The notes beneath the pieces are model-generated. The model saw only the letters and a program-made list of their open reading frames with translations. It was not told the DNA's origin and ran no database searches. Below, in pieces: positions 40,003 through 50,499 of a stretch of 64,000 nt of DNA (positions within the stretch are counted from its first letter, which is position 1; every line of letters begins with the position of its first letter). The DNA comes from Alphaproteobacteria bacterium (GTDB lineage Bacteria > Pseudomonadota > Alphaproteobacteria > JABAAW01 > JAHZMA01): the NCBI GenBank assembly GCA_965243045.1, contig CBDETR010000004.1, positions 759,985 through 823,984 of the forward strand, written 5' to 3'. The translations under genes and the position numbers were made by a program.

Positions 40003-41628
40003 TTATTTGCTCATATGGTAACCACCATCAGGCATTTTTTCTAAGCCGAGATAATCTAAATAATCATCTTCGCAAAACTCATCATGATTCATAAAAAATT
40101 CATGATGAATGGGTAAAGCTTCTAAATCAGCACGCAGAATTTTATGGCTATTGAAAATATTCTGATACAGCCAATTCATAATATCACTATTCAGCAATGC
40201 GGTCAGTTGCCTGTGCGATAGTGGAAATTCATCATGAAGCACAAGCATATTGGCACTGTTGAGAATAAAACTTTGTACTGTATCACAATAAAAACATAAA
40301 TTGTTTGAGATGAATTTATAGATGATTTTTTCGTTTGCTTGATAAAGTGCAAGCGGAGCTGTTTGTTGATACAGGCTCATATCTTTGGGGATATAACAAG
40401 AGACAGGTTTTAAGCCCTGCTTGGTAATATCTGCACCCTTATAAATTGCTATATCATTGTGACGCGCCATTTGTTTGATAAATTTACTATTGTTGCCCGT
40501 TACAATTCCTAACCCCCAATCAGCATGGTTTTTGAGTGTGAGATGCGGTTTATCATAGATTTGTTGAATCACCTCATGATGTTGGCAATGAAAGTTAAAG
40601 ATTTTTTTCGGCAATTCTGCAAAGGATTTCTGGTCGCGGTAATGATGGACAGAATTTTTGACATGACATAGGGTAGTAGGGCATAGGGTAGGGTGGGTAG
40701 GAGTATTTTTTAAGATAATCGCTTGTGCTTTGGTTAACAAGCCATCAAAACTTTTGCCATAATCATGCAAAGCAAGAATTTGATAATCCAGTGCTTTGGC
40801 ACGGGCATCATAAAAATTAGCAATATTGAAAAAAGCTTCGGGTAATAAGAATCCTAATTGTCCATTTTCATTGAGTAATTCTAAGCAAGCAAAGAAAAAT
40901 AAAGCACTGCTATCGAGTGATTTGCCAGTGTTAAAGTGAGAGCCATAATCAGACTTTTGTTGTTTGTTAAATTTTTTACCCCAAGGCGGATTGGTAAAAA
41001 TATAATCATACGAGGCATGAATTTTTTGTGGCTCAAGAAAATCAGCCTGTTGAATGTTTTGCGAATGATAGCCGGTTTTTTCAAAGATACGTTTCTTAGT
41101 AATAGAAACGGCAATCTCATCATTATCAAAACCGTAAATATTTTCAGGCGCAAAGCCCTTTTTTAAGGCTGCCATGATAAAATTACCCGAACCGCAACAG
41201 GGGTCAAGAAATGTTTTTTCTGCTAAATTTTCATCACAAAATTTGAGCATATCATAGGTAATATATTCAGGGGTGTAATAAATGCCTTCTTGATTTTGGT
41301 AAGAATCAGAAAGTTCTGTTTGATAGAGAGCTCCAAGATTATCAGCGGATTCCTCAATGATTTTACTTAAAAACCTTGTTGTTAATGCCTGATGGTCATG
41401 ACTATCTTTTAATGATTTATTGGCGCGTTTTGTTAATTTTTCTTTTCCGGCGATTGATGTTTCAAAATCAATCAGCGAGTTGATACCAACCCAACCTTTT
41501 TGTGTTTCTTGTAAATAGCCTGTTTTAATCCAGTTGCGAATGGTGGCTTCAGATGTTTTGATGCGTTCTGCCACATCATGAATGCTGATATTTTCTTTTT
41601 CAGTTTTGAGAGGTGATTGTACAGTCAT
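40003..41628 (-). CDS. N6-adenine DNA methyltransferase with N-terminal HTH DNA-binding domain (orphan)
   Basis: Motif I DPCCGSGNF and motif IV TNPPWG (gamma-class order). N-terminal HTH (...AERIKTSEATIRNWIKTGYL). No restriction partner gene nearby. Confidence 0.75.
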   Translation of the reverse strand: MTVQSPLKTEKENISIHDVAERIKTSEATIRNWIKTGYLQETQKGWVGINSLIDFETSIAGKEKLTKRANKSLKDSHDHQALTTRFLSKIIEESADNLGALYQTELSDSYQNQEGIYYTPEYITYDMLKFCDENLAEKTFLDPCCGSGNFIMAALKKGFAPENIYGFDNDEIAVSITKKRIFEKTGYHSQNIQQADFLEPQKIHASYDYIFTNPPWGKKFNKQQKSDYGSHFNTGKSLDSSALFFFACLELLNENGQLGFLLPEAFFNIANFYDARAKALDYQILALHDYGKSFDGLLTKAQAIILKNTPTHPTLCPTTLCHVKNSVHHYRDQKSFAELPKKIFNFHCQHHEVIQQIYDKPHLTLKNHADWGLGIVTGNNSKFIKQMARHNDIAIYKGADITKQGLKPVSCYIPKDMSLYQQTAPLALYQANEKIIYKFISNNLCFYCDTVQSFILNSANMLVLHDEFPLSHRQLTALLNSDIMNWLYQNIFNSHKILRADLEALPIHHEFFMNHDEFCEDDYLDYLGLEKMPDGGYHMSK

Positions 41629-41738
41629 AATTAATTTATTATTTTATTCATTAATCAGGATTTAATTTAATAAATATAGCTTTATTTAGTTAAAAAGAAA
41701 ATAAAGGTACTTTTTAACTAACAATTAAATATCTTATT

Positions 41739-42776
41739 TTACGAAATAAATTTTCGATATTGTTCGCGTAAAATCGCCGCAATGCGTATGGTGTCATCAA
41801 TTGATTTGCCCCAATTTAAGTCAATTTTGCCATGAAAAGGACGACAATAATTATTGTCGTAAAGCCATTGATGAAAATAATCAAAACGGCGTGACTTTCC
41901 GGGCAATTCTAGCAAATAAACTGGCTTGCCCGTAAAAATTGCTTCAGAAATCATCGAGACAGATTCTGCACTCACCAAAATAGCATCAGCCTGTGCCAAC
42001 ATACCAAAATAGGGGTTTTCAGTGGTTTCATCCCAAATATAAATATTATGGCACCCTCGTAAATGGCGTATAAAACCAAGCCATGCACCATAGGGGGTGC
42101 GCCGTGAAAATGAAAGTGCGATGCCGAATTTTTTAGATAATTGTTGCAATTGTTTGCCTGCTTCATCGGCAATGGCTAGTTTCATGCGGTGCGAACGCCT
42201 GTTGCCCCCAATTAGCACCGATAAAAGTGGACGTGATAATTCAGGAAAAGGAAATTTTTTACGTGCCTCGTTTAATGTTTCTATGGTAACCCGATGCAAG
42301 GAAGGACCCGTCGGATAGACATTTTTCCCTGAAACAGCATCATGATAAGATGGAATAACCATATCAAATAAATTAAAATTAATTCGCGGATGGTGGATAT
42401 AAGCAAGGAAAATCTTTTTCGGTGCTTGGGCTTTGAGGGCAAGAGCCGCCGCAATCGACCGCCGACCGCAAGCAATGATAATATCAGGATAGGGTGGTTT
42501 TAATGAATCGCTGTTGAGATGAAGAACATTCAGCCCCGCCATTCTTGCGGCAATATCACCGGGTAAAAATTTATAACGTTTTTTAAGAATAATTTTTTTT
42601 TGACTCAATGAAAAACCACTGGCTTGCGCCAATCCTAAAGCTTGGTTAATCATGCCAATTTCACCGCTGGTTAAAATCCAAATATGGGGCTGTTCTGTGT
42701 TACTCATGAATGGATTGATTCTTTTGAATAATTTCTTCAATTCTGCCACTAATATCGTAAGAAGAATCCCAGACAA
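41739..42776 (-). CDS. ELM1/DUF1022-family protein (mitochondrial-fission ELM1 homolog)
   Basis: ~330 aa with the IWILTSGEIGMINQALGLA N-terminal motif typical of bacterial ELM1-like proteins. The start may be the internal Met at 42704. Confidence 0.55.
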   Translation of the reverse strand: MSGILLTILVAELKKLFKRINPFMSNTEQPHIWILTSGEIGMINQALGLAQASGFSLSQKKIILKKRYKFLPGDIAARMAGLNVLHLNSDSLKPPYPDIIIACGRRSIAAALALKAQAPKKIFLAYIHHPRINFNLFDMVIPSYHDAVSGKNVYPTGPSLHRVTIETLNEARKKFPFPELSRPLLSVLIGGNRRSHRMKLAIADEAGKQLQQLSKKFGIALSFSRRTPYGAWLGFIRHLRGCHNIYIWDETTENPYFGMLAQADAILVSAESVSMISEAIFTGKPVYLLELPGKSRRFDYFHQWLYDNNYCRPFHGKIDLNWGKSIDDTIRIAAILREQYRKFIS

Positions 42777-43065
42777 ATTTTAATTTTGGTATAAAGCGCA
42801 TGGTATCAGATTCCGCCAATATTTTTTTCAACATACCAGCTTCGTGATTAAGTGCTTTGATAATTTCTTTTTGTGCCTCTTCATCATATTGATTGGCATT
42901 TAAGGGAAGCACAAAAAGAGTGGCATTTTTTAGGTCGGGACTTATATTCACTTGCATGATGCTGATAGAAGCCGACTGCAATATAGCATGACGCCATGAA
43001 TAATCACGCAGAATATCCGCAAGCTGATGACGAATATTTTCACTTACCCGTAATTGTCGTCTCAT
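42700..43065 (-). CDS. rbfA: Ribosome-binding factor A
   Basis: MRRQLRVSENIRHQLADIL... KH-like RbfA. Confidence 0.85.
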   Translation of the reverse strand: MRRQLRVSENIRHQLADILRDYSWRHAILQSASISIMQVNISPDLKNATLFVLPLNANQYDEEAQKEIIKALNHEAGMLKKILAESDTMRFIPKLKFVWDSSYDISGRIEEIIQKNQSIHE

Positions 43066-43096
43066 TATTGCCTCGCCAGTTTTTTAAAAATGCGCG

Positions 43097-45436
43097 TTAA
43101 ACAGGCGCAACCTCAATTACATCGTAACATTCAATTTTATCAGCCGCTTTGATATCATCATAATTTTCTAGTGCAATACCGCATTCCATGCCACTGGTAA
43201 CTTCCTTAGCATCATCTTTGAAACGCTTTAATTGCTTGAGTGAACCTTCATAAATAACGACATCATCACGCAACAATCTGATTTTAGCTGCGCGCCTTAC
43301 CAACCCTTCAGTTACCAAACAGCCCGCAATTTTGCCAACTTTACTGACACTAAACACTTCTTTAACATCCGCATAGCCAAGAAATTCTTCTTTAATGGTA
43401 GGTGATAATTTACCTTTAAGCATTTTTTCTAATTCTTCGCTCATATGGTAAATCACCGAATAATAGCGAATATCAACGTTAAGCTTATCAGCATTTTTAC
43501 GCGCTTGTGGGCTTGCACGCACATTAAAGCCAATGATAAAGCCTTCAGTCGTATCCGCAAGCGAAATATCAGATTCACTAATAGCACCAACAGCGCCATG
43601 AATGATTTTAATTTTCACCTCATCAAGATTGATTTTCTCAATCATGCTTTTCAAGGCTTCAAGCGAGCCATGCACATCCGCTTTGACGATGACTGGAATT
43701 TCGGTAATATTGCCGGCTTGAATTTGGCTAAACATATGTTCAACCCCACGGCTTCCAATGCTACCTATGTTTTTATCTTGTAACTGCCTTTGCCTATATT
43801 CGGCAATCTCGCGTGCTTTTGTTTCATTTTCAGTCACATCAAAACGGTCACCCGCCATAGGCAAGCCTTGCAAACCAAGCACTTCAATAGCACTAGAAGG
43901 CGTTACAGATTTATGAGATTTTCCATGACTATCTACCAAGGCGCGCACACGCCCCCATTGCCCACCAGCAACAAAAATATCGCCTTGTTTTAAGGTACCA
44001 TTTTGCACCAATAAAGACGCCACATTACCGCGCCCTTTATCAAGAAAACTTTCAATAACCACACCATAGGCAACGCGTTCAGGATTGCACCCTAACTCGC
44101 AAAGTTCTGCTTGTAGCAAAATAGCTTCCAGTAATTTATCCATATTGAGATTTTTTTCAGCCGATATTTCTATATTCAAAACCTCGCCCCCTAAGGCTTC
44201 CACGATAATATCATGGGCAAGAAGCTCATTATAGATTTTAGGAATATCTGTATCAGGCTTATCACTTTTGGTGATGGCGATAATCATAGGGATTTTTGCA
44301 GCTTTGGCATGGTTGATTGATTCAACGGTTTGTTCACGCACACCATCATCGGCGGCAATTACCAAAATCGCAATATCCGTAACATTGGCACCGCGCGCGC
44401 GCATGGCGGTAAAAGCTTGGTGACCTGGCGTATCAAGAAAAGTAATTTTTTGTCCGTTTAATTCCACCTGATAAGCACCAATATGCTGGGTAATTCCGCC
44501 TGCTTCACCGGATGCCACTTTGGCATTGCGTAAGGTATCAAGCAAGGTGGTTTTGCCATGATCCACATGCCCCATGATACTGACAATGGGCGCGCGTGTT
44601 TCGGTGTTTTCGGAATCATCTTCGGCAATTAAATGTTCTTCTACATCTGATTCTGCCACACGTCTAATTTTATGACCAAATTCTTCAACAATCAATTCAG
44701 CAGTATCGGCATCAATATTCTGGGCAGGGGTCGCAAGTACATCCATAGCCATCAATGCTTTTACCACATCACCCACACGTTCTGCCATGCGGTTGGCAAG
44801 TTCTGTTACGGTAATTGTTTCAGGCACAATTACATCGCGGATAACTTTTTCGTTACTCTTCAATTTTTGCAAATTTTGTTGACGTTCTTTTTCACGTGCG
44901 CGTTTTAATGCGGCAAGGGAACGCCCGCGTTCTTGGGCTGTATTATCATCATCATCGCTTTGGCTTAACGCCGCCGCTACAGTTAATTTACCTTTACGGC
45001 GTTTTTCATCACCTTTAAGACGCAAGGTTTTTTTCTGTTTTTCTTGTTCTTCAAAACTTAAAGCATTGGGCTTGGTAACGGGGGTAAATTTTTTACGATT
45101 AGCCTCTTTTTGGGCATCAGGCACTTCATCATTCACTTTTGCCACTGGCGCAGGTGCAACAAATTCTTTTTTCTTAATCACCTCTAAGGGGAGATTAGGC
45201 AAATCATTTCCTGTCTCTCTTTGACGGTTCTGAGCATTACGCAACGCTTCCGTGCGTCGTTCTAATTCACCTTGTGAAAGAGCAGTTTTTTGAAGTTTTT
45301 TACCGCGTGCAAATTTATGTTCTACCTGAACAGTTTTGCTACGCCGATTGGAAAAGCTTTGTTTTACTTCAGCAGGAGGCGGACCTTGCAAGGAAAGTTT
45401 CTTACGCTCAGGTTTGTTGTTCGTTATCTCACTCAT
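43097..45436 (-). CDS. infB: Translation initiation factor IF-2
   Basis: G-domain [21 protein letters not shown]. 779 aa. Confidence 0.95.
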   Translation of the reverse strand: MSEITNNKPERKKLSLQGPPPAEVKQSFSNRRSKTVQVEHKFARGKKLQKTALSQGELERRTEALRNAQNRQRETGNDLPNLPLEVIKKKEFVAPAPVAKVNDEVPDAQKEANRKKFTPVTKPNALSFEEQEKQKKTLRLKGDEKRRKGKLTVAAALSQSDDDDNTAQERGRSLAALKRAREKERQQNLQKLKSNEKVIRDVIVPETITVTELANRMAERVGDVVKALMAMDVLATPAQNIDADTAELIVEEFGHKIRRVAESDVEEHLIAEDDSENTETRAPIVSIMGHVDHGKTTLLDTLRNAKVASGEAGGITQHIGAYQVELNGQKITFLDTPGHQAFTAMRARGANVTDIAILVIAADDGVREQTVESINHAKAAKIPMIIAITKSDKPDTDIPKIYNELLAHDIIVEALGGEVLNIEISAEKNLNMDKLLEAILLQAELCELGCNPERVAYGVVIESFLDKGRGNVASLLVQNGTLKQGDIFVAGGQWGRVRALVDSHGKSHKSVTPSSAIEVLGLQGLPMAGDRFDVTENETKAREIAEYRQRQLQDKNIGSIGSRGVEHMFSQIQAGNITEIPVIVKADVHGSLEALKSMIEKINLDEVKIKIIHGAVGAISESDISLADTTEGFIIGFNVRASPQARKNADKLNVDIRYYSVIYHMSEELEKMLKGKLSPTIKEEFLGYADVKEVFSVSKVGKIAGCLVTEGLVRRAAKIRLLRDDVVIYEGSLKQLKRFKDDAKEVTSGMECGIALENYDDIKAADKIECYDVIEVAPV

Positions 45437-45438
45437 CT

Positions 45439-46239
45439 TTAACTAATATCTTCCTTATAATTGACTGCCGATGACCCTTCATCTGAAGCCATTTGATTAT
45501 CGCCCATCATTAATAAATATTTATCAATATAGGGTAATAATCTTTCTGCCAAACCTCCGCCCATGATAAGCACAAAAGGCGCATTTTCACGATTGAAACT
45601 ATCACAAGCAATTCGTTCCGGCAAACCCGAAATCACACTAACATGCTGTTCTTTTGCCAGTGTAATGATTTTTTGCCCTGCTTGCAATGATGATATTGGT
45701 TTCATCATCAATAGCATTGCTTTTTTGTCATTAAAATTTTTATTTTTGAGCAAAGTTTTAATTTTATCCATACCTTGAATGGCTTGTCCGGCACGGCGCA
45801 TCAGGCTTAATGTTTGTGTGATATGGTGCAATAAAGCTGTGGCAATATTTGCCTGCAAATCTTCTTTTAGATGCACTTTTGTTTGATAGATTTTTTGCGC
45901 TTTTTTGATAAGTAACTGCCCTTTTTCCGCCATTAAAATATGTTCAGGGGTGGGAATAAGCCAAATGCCTCGCCCGGGGAGTTTTTGGGCAATATCAGGG
46001 GTTAACATATCATCAGGCGATAAAGCAAATCTTATCATCACCGATTGCGGTGCGGGTTGATTTGAAATAATACAACGGCGCATTAATATCTGGTTTTCAA
46101 ATATCTGATTTTCAGATTCCTGTAAGGGCTGATGATGGCTTGCAGGTTTGACTTCCTCTTGTTGGGTAGTCAAAGAATTTGCGGGTATGTAAGCGTTTCG
46201 TACCGCACGTTTTTTTGGCGTCATTCTCATCGCATTCAT
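45439..46239 (-). CDS. YlxR/DUF448 RNA-binding domain fused to L7Ae-like domain
   Basis: RRCIISNQ...PGRGIWL (DUF448) plus a C-terminal L7Ae-like segment. Canonical position between nusA and infB. Confidence 0.65.
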   Translation of the reverse strand: MNAMRMTPKKRAVRNAYIPANSLTTQQEEVKPASHHQPLQESENQIFENQILMRRCIISNQPAPQSVMIRFALSPDDMLTPDIAQKLPGRGIWLIPTPEHILMAEKGQLLIKKAQKIYQTKVHLKEDLQANIATALLHHITQTLSLMRRAGQAIQGMDKIKTLLKNKNFNDKKAMLLMMKPISSLQAGQKIITLAKEQHVSVISGLPERIACDSFNRENAPFVLIMGGGLAERLLPYIDKYLLMMGDNQMASDEGSSAVNYKEDIS

Positions 46240-46300
46240 TTTGATTATTTCCCAATATTTTGCCTAATGTTTTTCATAGCGGTATCTATGGTTTCACCCT

Positions 46301-48001
46301 TTACATGGCATCATTTTGTTTGTCAGTCGGTTCGGTGACTGGTTCTGTAGGATTGACAGGGTCTGCCACTACAGGTTCGGTCACTTTTGCTGGCGTTTTA
46401 AACGCATTTTCAGCTTCGGTTTGGCTATCAATGACTGGTTCAGCTTCGGTTTCAGGTTCAGGCTCAGGTTCAGGTTCAGGTTCTGGTTCAGGCTCAATCC
46501 AACCTAATTGAACCCGTGCATTGGTAATCATTTCTGCAGCTTTTTTGGATGTGAATTTCAACTCTTTGAACAGTGAATCTTCCTCACCATAAAGTTCATC
46601 GGCTGCCAAATCGGCAAAATTTTCTAAAGTGCAGACAGAATTTTCACCTAATTTCACCAACATTTCATAAGTTAAACCTGTGAAATCAATCAGGTCTTTT
46701 TTCATTTTTAATTGCTTCATGACTTTGGCACGTTCAATTTTTTGCTGTTCCAATGATTGCTTGGCGCGTTCTTGCAACTCACCAGCAAGTGCTTCATCAA
46801 AACCTTTAATGGTTGTCAAATCATCAAGGCTACTATCAATGATTTCTTCAATATCATGAAACCCTTCGGCAATCAGCAAGCGGGCAATCACATCATCCAC
46901 ATCTAGCAATTCCATAAATAATTTACTGCGCTGTTTGAATTCTATTTCACGTCTTTCAGCATCTTGTTCTTCAGTTAAAATATCAATATCAACATCGGTA
47001 ATCTGTGTGGCAAGGCGTACATTTTGCCCTCTTCTACCAATGGCTTGTGATAATTGGTCTTCAGGCACAACAACATCTAGCTTGCCGGTATTTTCATCAA
47101 CCACCACTTTGGTAATTTCTGCTGGTGCAAGTGCATTCACAACATAGGTAACAATATCTTCAGAATAAGGAATAATATCAATTTTTTCCCCTTGCAACTC
47201 TGATACCACCGCTTGCACACGCGAGCCACGCATACCCACACATGCACCTACAGGGTCGATGGAAGGGTCGTTTGAGATAACAGAAATTTTGGCACGGCTA
47301 CCTGAATCGCGCGCGCAGTTGATAATCTGCACCACCCCATCATAAACTTCAGGGACTTCTTGTAGAAATAATTTAACCATAAACTGATTATGGGTGCGTG
47401 ATAAGAAAACTTGTGGTCCACGATTTTCGCGTTTAACAGAATAAATATAAGCCAAGATTCTATCGCCACGCTTAAAATGTTCCCGCCCAATCAATTCGTT
47501 ACGCCGTAATAAACCTTCTGCGCCTGTGCCTAAATCAATGATTAAATTACCATATTCCACACGTTTGACGATACGGCTGGTAATCTCGCCTACCTTATTG
47601 ATAAATTCATCATATTGCTTGTTGCGTTCGGCATCGCGTACTTTTTGGACAATAATTTGCTTGGCTGATTGCACGCCAATACGTCCAAAATCAATGGGGG
47701 GCAAGGATTCTTTGATAAAATTACCAACTTCTAATGTTTTATCAATCGCACGGGCATCAACAAGTAATAATTGTGTTTGCGTGTCTTCTAATTCTTCTAC
47801 CACCTCACGAAAACGTTGCATGGTAATTTCGCCTGTTTTCTTATCAATAAAAGCACGAATATCTAAACCTAACCCATATTTATTGCGTCCAGCTTTTTGA
47901 ATCGCCAATTCCAATGCTTCAAAAACATGCTCGCGGTCGATATTTTTTTCTTGTGCGACAGTTTCAACCACCAAAAGAACTTCACTTTTTAATGATAACA
48001 T
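46301..48001 (-). CDS. nusA: Transcription termination/antitermination factor NusA, with C-terminal (EP)n acidic extension
   Basis: NusA N-terminal domain, S1 and KH1/KH2. Tail ...EPEPEPEPEPEPETEAEP encoded by (GGTTCA)n. Confidence 0.9.
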   Translation of the reverse strand: MLSLKSEVLLVVETVAQEKNIDREHVFEALELAIQKAGRNKYGLGLDIRAFIDKKTGEITMQRFREVVEELEDTQTQLLLVDARAIDKTLEVGNFIKESLPPIDFGRIGVQSAKQIIVQKVRDAERNKQYDEFINKVGEITSRIVKRVEYGNLIIDLGTGAEGLLRRNELIGREHFKRGDRILAYIYSVKRENRGPQVFLSRTHNQFMVKLFLQEVPEVYDGVVQIINCARDSGSRAKISVISNDPSIDPVGACVGMRGSRVQAVVSELQGEKIDIIPYSEDIVTYVVNALAPAEITKVVVDENTGKLDVVVPEDQLSQAIGRRGQNVRLATQITDVDIDILTEEQDAERREIEFKQRSKLFMELLDVDDVIARLLIAEGFHDIEEIIDSSLDDLTTIKGFDEALAGELQERAKQSLEQQKIERAKVMKQLKMKKDLIDFTGLTYEMLVKLGENSVCTLENFADLAADELYGEEDSLFKELKFTSKKAAEMITNARVQLGWIEPEPEPEPEPEPEPETEAEPVIDSQTEAENAFKTPAKVTEPVVADPVNPTEPVTEPTDKQNDAM

Positions 48002-48004
48002 AAT

Positions 48005-48631
48005 TTATTCCTTATTGAGATTTTGCTGCAATAATGCATCAGTTAGCACCAGCTTTGCCGTTTTTAGCATGCTGATAGGGATATTAATGGATTGCGCTTT
48101 ATAACAGATGATAAGATTATCACCATCCATATTTTCAAGCAATCCGTTGAATTTTCGTTGCTGATGTTCAGCAATAAGCATGGCATCCACCAGCTCAATT
48201 TTAATTTCTTCGCCAATATAGCGCGTAAAATCCTGCAAGCGTGTTAAGGGGCGGTCGATACCGGTGGAAGAAATTTCTAAACGATAGCGTTTATCAATCG
48301 GGTCTTCTACATCTAAAATTGCAGAAATAGCATGGCTCACTTGAGAGCAATCATCAACATTGATGGTTCTGCCATCAATATTCTCAATCATAATCTGCAA
48401 GTTTGGTTGAGAATCAAGACGGACACGAACAAGCATTTTCCCCATATCATAAAGGGGGAGTGCGATAATATTGGCAATTTTTTTCGCAAGCGGGTGATGG
48501 CAACCAACCAAATTGGGCTGTTGTAAAATATAAGACAAAATCATGGCATCATCTGCTTCTTCGGGCAACACATGAAGATTATTAGCATTATGAGGGCTTT
48601 GTGCCTGATTGTTCTGCAATACCACCGCCAT
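48005..48631 (-). CDS. rimP: Ribosome maturation factor RimP
   Basis: DUF150-type protein immediately upstream of nusA. Confidence 0.8.
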   Translation of the reverse strand: MAVVLQNNQAQSPHNANNLHVLPEEADDAMILSYILQQPNLVGCHHPLAKKIANIIALPLYDMGKMLVRVRLDSQPNLQIMIENIDGRTINVDDCSQVSHAISAILDVEDPIDKRYRLEISSTGIDRPLTRLQDFTRYIGEEIKIELVDAMLIAEHQQRKFNGLLENMDGDNLIICYKAQSINIPISMLKTAKLVLTDALLQQNLNKE

Positions 48632-48774
48632 GATTGTTTATTTCCTTTAGGCATTAAAAAAGGCGGGAAATCCCACCCTCATCAAGAAAGACAGTTTTGT
48701 TACTAATGGCTTAATAACACAATCATTAAAGCTTATTTTTTATAAAAAAGCAAGTTTTTTATATTATTTGTCAA

Positions 48775-49596
48775 TCAACAACCGATGACCGATAGATTGC
48801 GTCCATAATCTGCCTCATGGCGCAAACAGCTACGGCGATAGCTGAAAAATAAATCTTCTTCAGCGCAGGTATCATGATTGCTGATTGCAATCTGCTTGAT
48901 GCCAGCTTGTTGAAGCAAATAAGCCACAAAACCAACTAAATCAAACAAATATTTTTTATCATGTGTAATGTCAGCCATAAAAAATTGCTGATAATTTTCT
49001 GATTTTTCTAGGAAATTTTGATAAAATTCCGCACCCACTTGATAAGATTTTTGTGCGATAGAAGGGCCAATAGCGGCTTGAATATGGTTGATATCAGCCC
49101 CTTTTATTTGCATGAAATGGATTGTATTTTTAAGGATATTTGTAAATGCCCCTTTCCAACCTGCATGTGCGGCGGCACGGATATGGTTCACTCTATCGTA
49201 AAATAACACAGGTACGCAATCAGCAGTCATGATGCCCATTAAACCATTGGATTGATAATTTTGATGCCGGTTATTTACCATTGCATCGCCTTTAATTCTG
49301 CCATCGGGTTGATATGTTTCATGATCAGCAAAGGGCGTTTCAATCACCTGCGCGGAATGATATTGATATAATAAATACAAGGCGGTTTCATCATAAGCAT
49401 CCCCTAATAATGCTTTGGCAATCAGAGACTGGTTGTTCAAAATATCAGTGCGCACATCTTGAGAGCCGACACCCGTATTTAGCCCTTGATAAAGTCCTTG
49501 ACTGTTGCCACCTTTGCGGGTGAAAAAACCATGCGGAATATCCCAATCAGGATGCTGATAGCATTGTAACGCACCATAAGTTTTTTCAATCAGCAT
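48775..49596 (-). CDS. pgeF: Peptidoglycan editing factor / purine nucleoside phosphorylase YfiH family
   Basis: DUF152 motifs incl. TADCVPVLF, H..WKG. Confidence 0.8.
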   Translation of the reverse strand: MLIEKTYGALQCYQHPDWDIPHGFFTRKGGNSQGLYQGLNTGVGSQDVRTDILNNQSLIAKALLGDAYDETALYLLYQYHSAQVIETPFADHETYQPDGRIKGDAMVNNRHQNYQSNGLMGIMTADCVPVLFYDRVNHIRAAAHAGWKGAFTNILKNTIHFMQIKGADINHIQAAIGPSIAQKSYQVGAEFYQNFLEKSENYQQFFMADITHDKKYLFDLVGFVAYLLQQAGIKQIAISNHDTCAEEDLFFSYRRSCLRHEADYGRNLSVIGC

Positions 49597-49599
49597 GGA

Positions 49600-50499
49600 T
49601 TATTCTTTGGGTATAAAAGTTGCGGCATCAATCCGTTGGTCAAGCCAGCTGATGCGCCAATCCAGATGCGGTCCTGTAGAACGCCCAGTAGAGCCAATCG
49701 TACCAATTTTTTGCCCACGCTCAACCCAGCTACCATGATTCACATAGATTTTATTCAAATGCAGAAAGCTAGAAAATAACCCATGCCCATGGTCAATCAT
49801 GATTGTTTTGCCAGAAAAATGCATGCCCGGATGTACCAAACGCACCAAACCTGATGCCGGCGCAACAATTGCTGTGCCACGTTTGGCAGCAAAATCAAGT
49901 CCCCAATGGGGGGCGCGTTGCAATCCGTTTAACACACGGCTTGAACCATATCTGCCTGTAATTCTGCCAATTGAAGGGCGTATAAATTCTGTATCAAAAG
50001 CGGTAAAATCACTCACATAAGAGCGTGCATTTTTAGCAAGTTTAATTTCGTGTTTAATACGTTTTGCAAATTTTTTTGAAGGAGTTACTTTTGATTGTGG
50101 CAAGCCATTAATATATTGCACCTTATATTTACGTTGTTTGATTTTGAGCTGATATTGGCGCGCATCATTTTTATCATCAATATGAATTAACGTTATAAGC
50201 GGTTCAGATTGATAGGGAATGCCGATAATGAAACGACCTTCTTTGCCAATTTTAATATCTTTATCAAGAAATTTAAGCCGATGTTTGGGTGGTAATTTTC
50301 CCTTAAACCATCCCCCCTGATAGGCGACTCCATAAAGTTCAATTTTACCAAATTTATAGATTTTGGCATCATTCAGACTGGGCACATAATCGGTAAGTAT
50401 TTCTTCGGCGTGTGAATGAGTGACAAATGGCAACCATAGCCATAAAACCATGAGGATGGTTTTGGATAAAAAATTATGGTCATTCGTCGATAGTTGCAT
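49600..50499 (-). CDS. M23 family metallopeptidase
   Basis: HxxxD/HxH LytM-domain context (HWGLDFAA ... GSTGRSTGPHLDW). Confidence 0.8.
   Translation of the reverse strand: MQLSTNDHNFLSKTILMVLWLWLPFVTHSHAEEILTDYVPSLNDAKIYKFGKIELYGVAYQGGWFKGKLPPKHRLKFLDKDIKIGKEGRFIIGIPYQSEPLITLIHIDDKNDARQYQLKIKQRKYKVQYINGLPQSKVTPSKKFAKRIKHEIKLAKNARSYVSDFTAFDTEFIRPSIGRITGRYGSSRVLNGLQRAPHWGLDFAAKRGTAIVAPASGLVRLVHPGMHFSGKTIMIDHGHGLFSSFLHLNKIYVNHGSWVERGQKIGTIGSTGRSTGPHLDWRISWLDQRIDAATFIPKE

Noticed and set aside
41687-41720. 11-bp perfect inverted repeat (TAGTTAAAAAG-N12-CTTTTTAACTA) as an intrinsic terminator
   Set aside because: No T/U-run follows the stem on either strand. I retained it only as a note under the methyltransferase finding, as a possible operator.
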